This document shows positions 60,171 to 64,000 of a DNA stretch of 64,000 nt, one piece after another (position 1 is the stretch's first letter; every line of letters begins with the position of its first letter). Below the pieces are notes generated by a model that saw nothing but the letters and a program-made list of their open reading frames with translations, was not told the DNA's origin and made no database searches. Source of the stretch: Bispira polyomma (lineage: Eukaryota); the NCBI GenBank assembly GCA_965649765.1, contig OZ287756.1, positions 17,422,001-17,486,000 of the forward strand, read 5' to 3'. Made by a program: the position numbers and the translations under genes.

Positions 60171-62220
60171 ACAGCTGAAGTACAACAGAGAGCACGTCAT
60201 CAGGTCGACTTGTATTGAGGGAGAAGTCGCTGGACCCTCCACCCAAACAGAGGCAGACACCAAGGTCCTGGACAAGGAACAAGCGTTTGGGCCAGATGCT
60301 GAGGCTGAGACTCAGGAAATACCTGAGGGAACCCCCAAAAGGTCAACCCGTACCCCACACCAACGCAAGGTGCTACCCTGAAGAGGCCAAGGCGAGGGGT
60401 GTCTAAAGATTCCGAGGACCAGCAAATCATGGAGAAGATACTAGAACAGTCCAACCAGACCGCTAGGCTCCAAAAGATGATGTACGACACCTTGGCCCAG
60501 CAGCAAGGTCTGTCTGCTGACCCCAGGTTGCAGTTCAGGGTCATGCTGGGCAACAGCTGTCGCCAGTTAGATGACCGATCATTCTGGCAATACAGCGTGG
60601 AAGTCCTTCAACTGCTGGACAAATATGTGTAAGTTAATTTATATGTTTCTAATGTAAAATGCAGTAGAACTTCCATTATCCGAATATTTAATTTCACTAA
60701 GTCCTGGCCGTAGTCCCATTTTTGTTTATCCTAAGATGTGCCATTTATTGAGATTTCCCTAATCAGAACTAACAAAGTATTTACCCAATATGGTTGGACA
60801 ATCGAGGTTTTACTGCACACGTGTGTACTTAAATTTAATTTTAATTTTATTTAAACTTTCAATGATGGTTTGTGTTCTTCTGTTAGCAATATTTTGATTA
60901 GTGAGTAGGTGTGCTAAGCTAATGTAATGTTGAGCTGCAGTTGCAGGTATCAAAATACAATGAAATTGGATGGGCCTTATGCATTGTGTCTGTAGTTGTT
61001 GGGCTAATTTGCATTTCATAACCTGTCATAAAATAGTTTGAAATGGTGTGGATATTGTAACGGTTGCAGGAATTAAAATGCTGCCAAATTAGTGGTGCAA
61101 GTAAGCAATTAACATCAACTGCAGTGTAGTTTTATATAGAGGCCACATTGATAAAACCCCAAGAAGATGTTGTAATATAAAAGTCTAATTACAATTACAA
61201 CATGTTTCCACCTGTTTAATGTTTGTCCAACCTTTTCCACCTATCCACCTTCAGTCCTATTAGTAATTATTGATTTTATATTTCACAGGGACAATGCTGC
61301 ATCACAGAGACCGGGGATGTCAACCCAGACAACTGAATCTGCAACGCTGACCAGGTCCCCCGCCCTCGATCAAGACACTTGGGGACCAATGGACTTTACA
61401 CTACCATCACAGATCGACACCCCTCACAATCTCTCTATGGCGTCTGCGACATCCTTATCCACACCAACAACAAGGGAAGCGGCCGCCTCTATAGGTTTAG
61501 GTGAACCTTTACAACTAATCACTATTGCTGACAACCAGGTCGCAACTGGGACCACGTACACAGAGCTCTTGGCCTCATAGGCTGATTTTGTAACTGTCTA
61601 CAAAGACACTTCTGTGTAAGAGCCAGCCGTGTGAGACTTTTATTAAAGAAATATTTATCTGATTTTTAATAAACAAGGGACAGTTATTACATATCTCTTT
61701 TATTGTTATTATGTTGTAAGTTTATTTTGATATTTTCAGATTTGACCTTGGACCTCTTGGTTGAGGTCAAATTGGGATAGTGAAACTTATAATTGCCTAA
61801 ATCTTGCTCATTAGTGATCCTACATATTTGGAATATGAAACCAGGGTGTAGCTGATCATGGCCTGTGTCGTTTGAATGTTTTGATATATTCAAACTTGAC
61901 CAAGGTCAAACTGAATGGTCAAAGTTTAAATGTTCTATGTGACTTAATTTTGGTCCAAATTCTTTGAAATATGAAAGCCAATTGTCCCATTTAGAGGTGC
62001 CTGATTAATATTATGTGGTCGTGGGTTCAGTTCCTAATGCCTGCCTTCAAGGGGATAATTGAAACAAATTTGCCGCCATTCAAATTGAAAACACATAATA
62101 TCCTTTCAAAACATTTATTTATCATTAAACCTTCATGATATTGTAAATTGTAACCCCCAAAAAATCAACACAGACATAAATTAAATGATAACACTTGATA
62201 TGAAGTAAATGTCCAAAAGT

Positions 62221-63523
62221 TTATGTTATCATACGATCCTGCCATGGAACTGCACCCCTGCTGTTGTAGTATATCTTCAGTAATTGTCTCTGAGCCTTGG
62301 CCTCCTTGTTGGATGTATTGTCGGTCAAAATATCGTCCATGTCATGCATGTCCAATCCTTGTCTCCAGGCACCACGTATCAGGTTATGGTCAACATCCTC
62401 TCTGTCCAGTAGCTCCACATGATTGGTAGGGTCTCTTAACCGAAAGACATTGTGCAAAATACAACACACCTTAGTAATATGAATGGTATTGGGCACATCA
62501 TGTTGAAGTTTGGTGGTGAGACATCGAAATCTGTTGCACAATATGCCAAAGGCATTTTCAACCACTCGTCTGGCCCGTGACACTCTGTAATTGTAGATTT
62601 TCTCAGGACGGGTGAGATTTCGGTGCCCAAATGGTTTCATCAGAGTCTTAGTAAGGGCAAAAGCATCATCTGCCAACAGAAAGTAAGGCACCGGTTCAGT
62701 ATCCCCAGGTAGTGGTGTGGATGGAGGGACAGTGAGCCACCAATTCTCTAAAGCAGGTTTTAAGGGGGAATGGTTCCACAGCTGTGCATCACTGCAACTA
62801 CCATTGGCACCAACATCGATCCACATAAACTTGTATTCAGCATCTATTACTGCCATGAGTATGATAGATGTGAATTTTTTGTAGTTAAACTACAGAGATC
62901 CAGAACCTTTTGGTTTTACAATGGCCACGTGTTTCCCATCTAAAGCACCAATGGTGTTGTGAAAGTTCCATCTGTTGGCAAAAACACTAGCCACATCACG
63001 CCAACCATCCTCTGTACCGGGGGTGGTGATAATTTCATCCAGGTACTCTTCTTGAATGGCCTGACGCACCTCTTTAATGACCTTAGATATGGTATTGTGT
63101 GCCACCCTGAAACCATACATCAGACTGTGATAGCTTTATCCAGAGGCCAGATATCTCATAGTAATGGTCAACATTAAACCAACATCAAGTGCTGGTCTGT
63201 GGGTGTTGTAGTTGTTTATTTGATGGGTCAGTCTGCCGTCTAGTCTGTTCATCAGTTCCCTGAAGAACTGTGGGTCACAACGGATAAAGTTTCTGTAACT
63301 AGCTAGATCTTCTGCCTCTAGTTCAGCCATTAGGTTTTCATAGTAACCGTATTGTCTCCATCTAACTAGCCATGGCCTAACCCACACCGTCCTGTCCCTC
63401 CTTTGAGCCCTTCTTCTCCGCCTCTGATGAAGTTGCAAGATCTACAACATTGTTCAAAGCTTGTACTTGCAAATTCATAGCTTGATTTAAAGCAAGTTGT
63501 TGTTGAAAATTTACTCCAACCAT
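62221..63523 (-). pseudogene. Harbinger transposase, inverted copy with the same lesions
   Basis: The track ORFs are identical in protein sequence to those at 46930-48147, including the stop positions. Confidence 0.92.
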
Positions 63524-64000
63524 TGTTATACTGCAATAAAATAATTCTATTGTTAAACAATTGTTTTATTGTTGAAAAATGTAAGCTCCTTATCATATGA
63601 AGACTCACACGTGAATGAACATGCTTCGTGAAAAATCACTCAATATATAGCTACTTTGTGGTGCGGGAAGCAACGTGATAGAAAACGTACGTGTACTTTA
63701 GAAACGTTGCCTGACATGATCAAGCGAGTGTTGACGTAATATACGTGATGGGACGTCAATGGATGTATCAATTAACGTAACTTTACCTACTTTGACGTGG
63801 CAAACGTCACATTACATAAGTTGACGTACTAAAACATACACACAACGTAATAATTAACGGGCTCAAACGTAAAATGACGTCCTTTGGCGTATTCATAATC
63901 ATAGTCTTACATATGTTTGCGTGTCTTTGCATAAACATTTTAACGTAACAGTACATCACTTGCAAGTCTTCACATGTATTAACGTAAGAAAACGTGGTTC

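Larger units (their letters stand above)
51489..64000 (-). mobile_element. PIF/Harbinger transposon, right arm (inverted copy, interrupted by Ngaro element, runs off the window)
   Basis: 51806-53048 and 60171-64000 are the reverse complement of 51440-46368. Terminus TAA|TGCCCCCGTCCCAC at 51489. Confidence 0.88.

Overview
AT-rich, intron-containing animal genomic DNA; the repeat families suggest an invertebrate, probably a lophotrochozoan (inference). About half the window is transposable elements. Host content: the 5' five coding exons of a PLP-dependent class-V C-S lyase gene (LCD/Egt2/isopenicillin-N-epimerase-like, minus strand, runs off the left edge), an intron-containing tRNA-Tyr nested in one of its introns, and a head-to-head inverted pair of intronless SLC46-family transporters. 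Mobile content: several SINEs and MITEs; a near-intact CR1-group LINE with a 2A-like peptide; a ~12 kb Ty3/Gypsy endogenous-retrovirus-like element; and a large palindrome of two inverted copies of a dead PIF/Harbinger transposon, one arm carrying a precise 7122-bp insertion of an intact Ngaro-type tyrosine-recombinase retrotransposon. The most striking item is the Gypsy element. It has a tRNA-Ala PBS, a -1 frameshift signal, a chromodomain integrase and an F-type envelope with an appended second membrane domain. It also has a leader exon ending ATG|GTGAGT that fits in phase 0 to four downstream splice acceptors (env plus three orphan ORFs). This looks like a complex-retrovirus-style accessory gene system in an invertebrate Gypsy element. 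All calls come from reading the sequence by eye; no searches were run.
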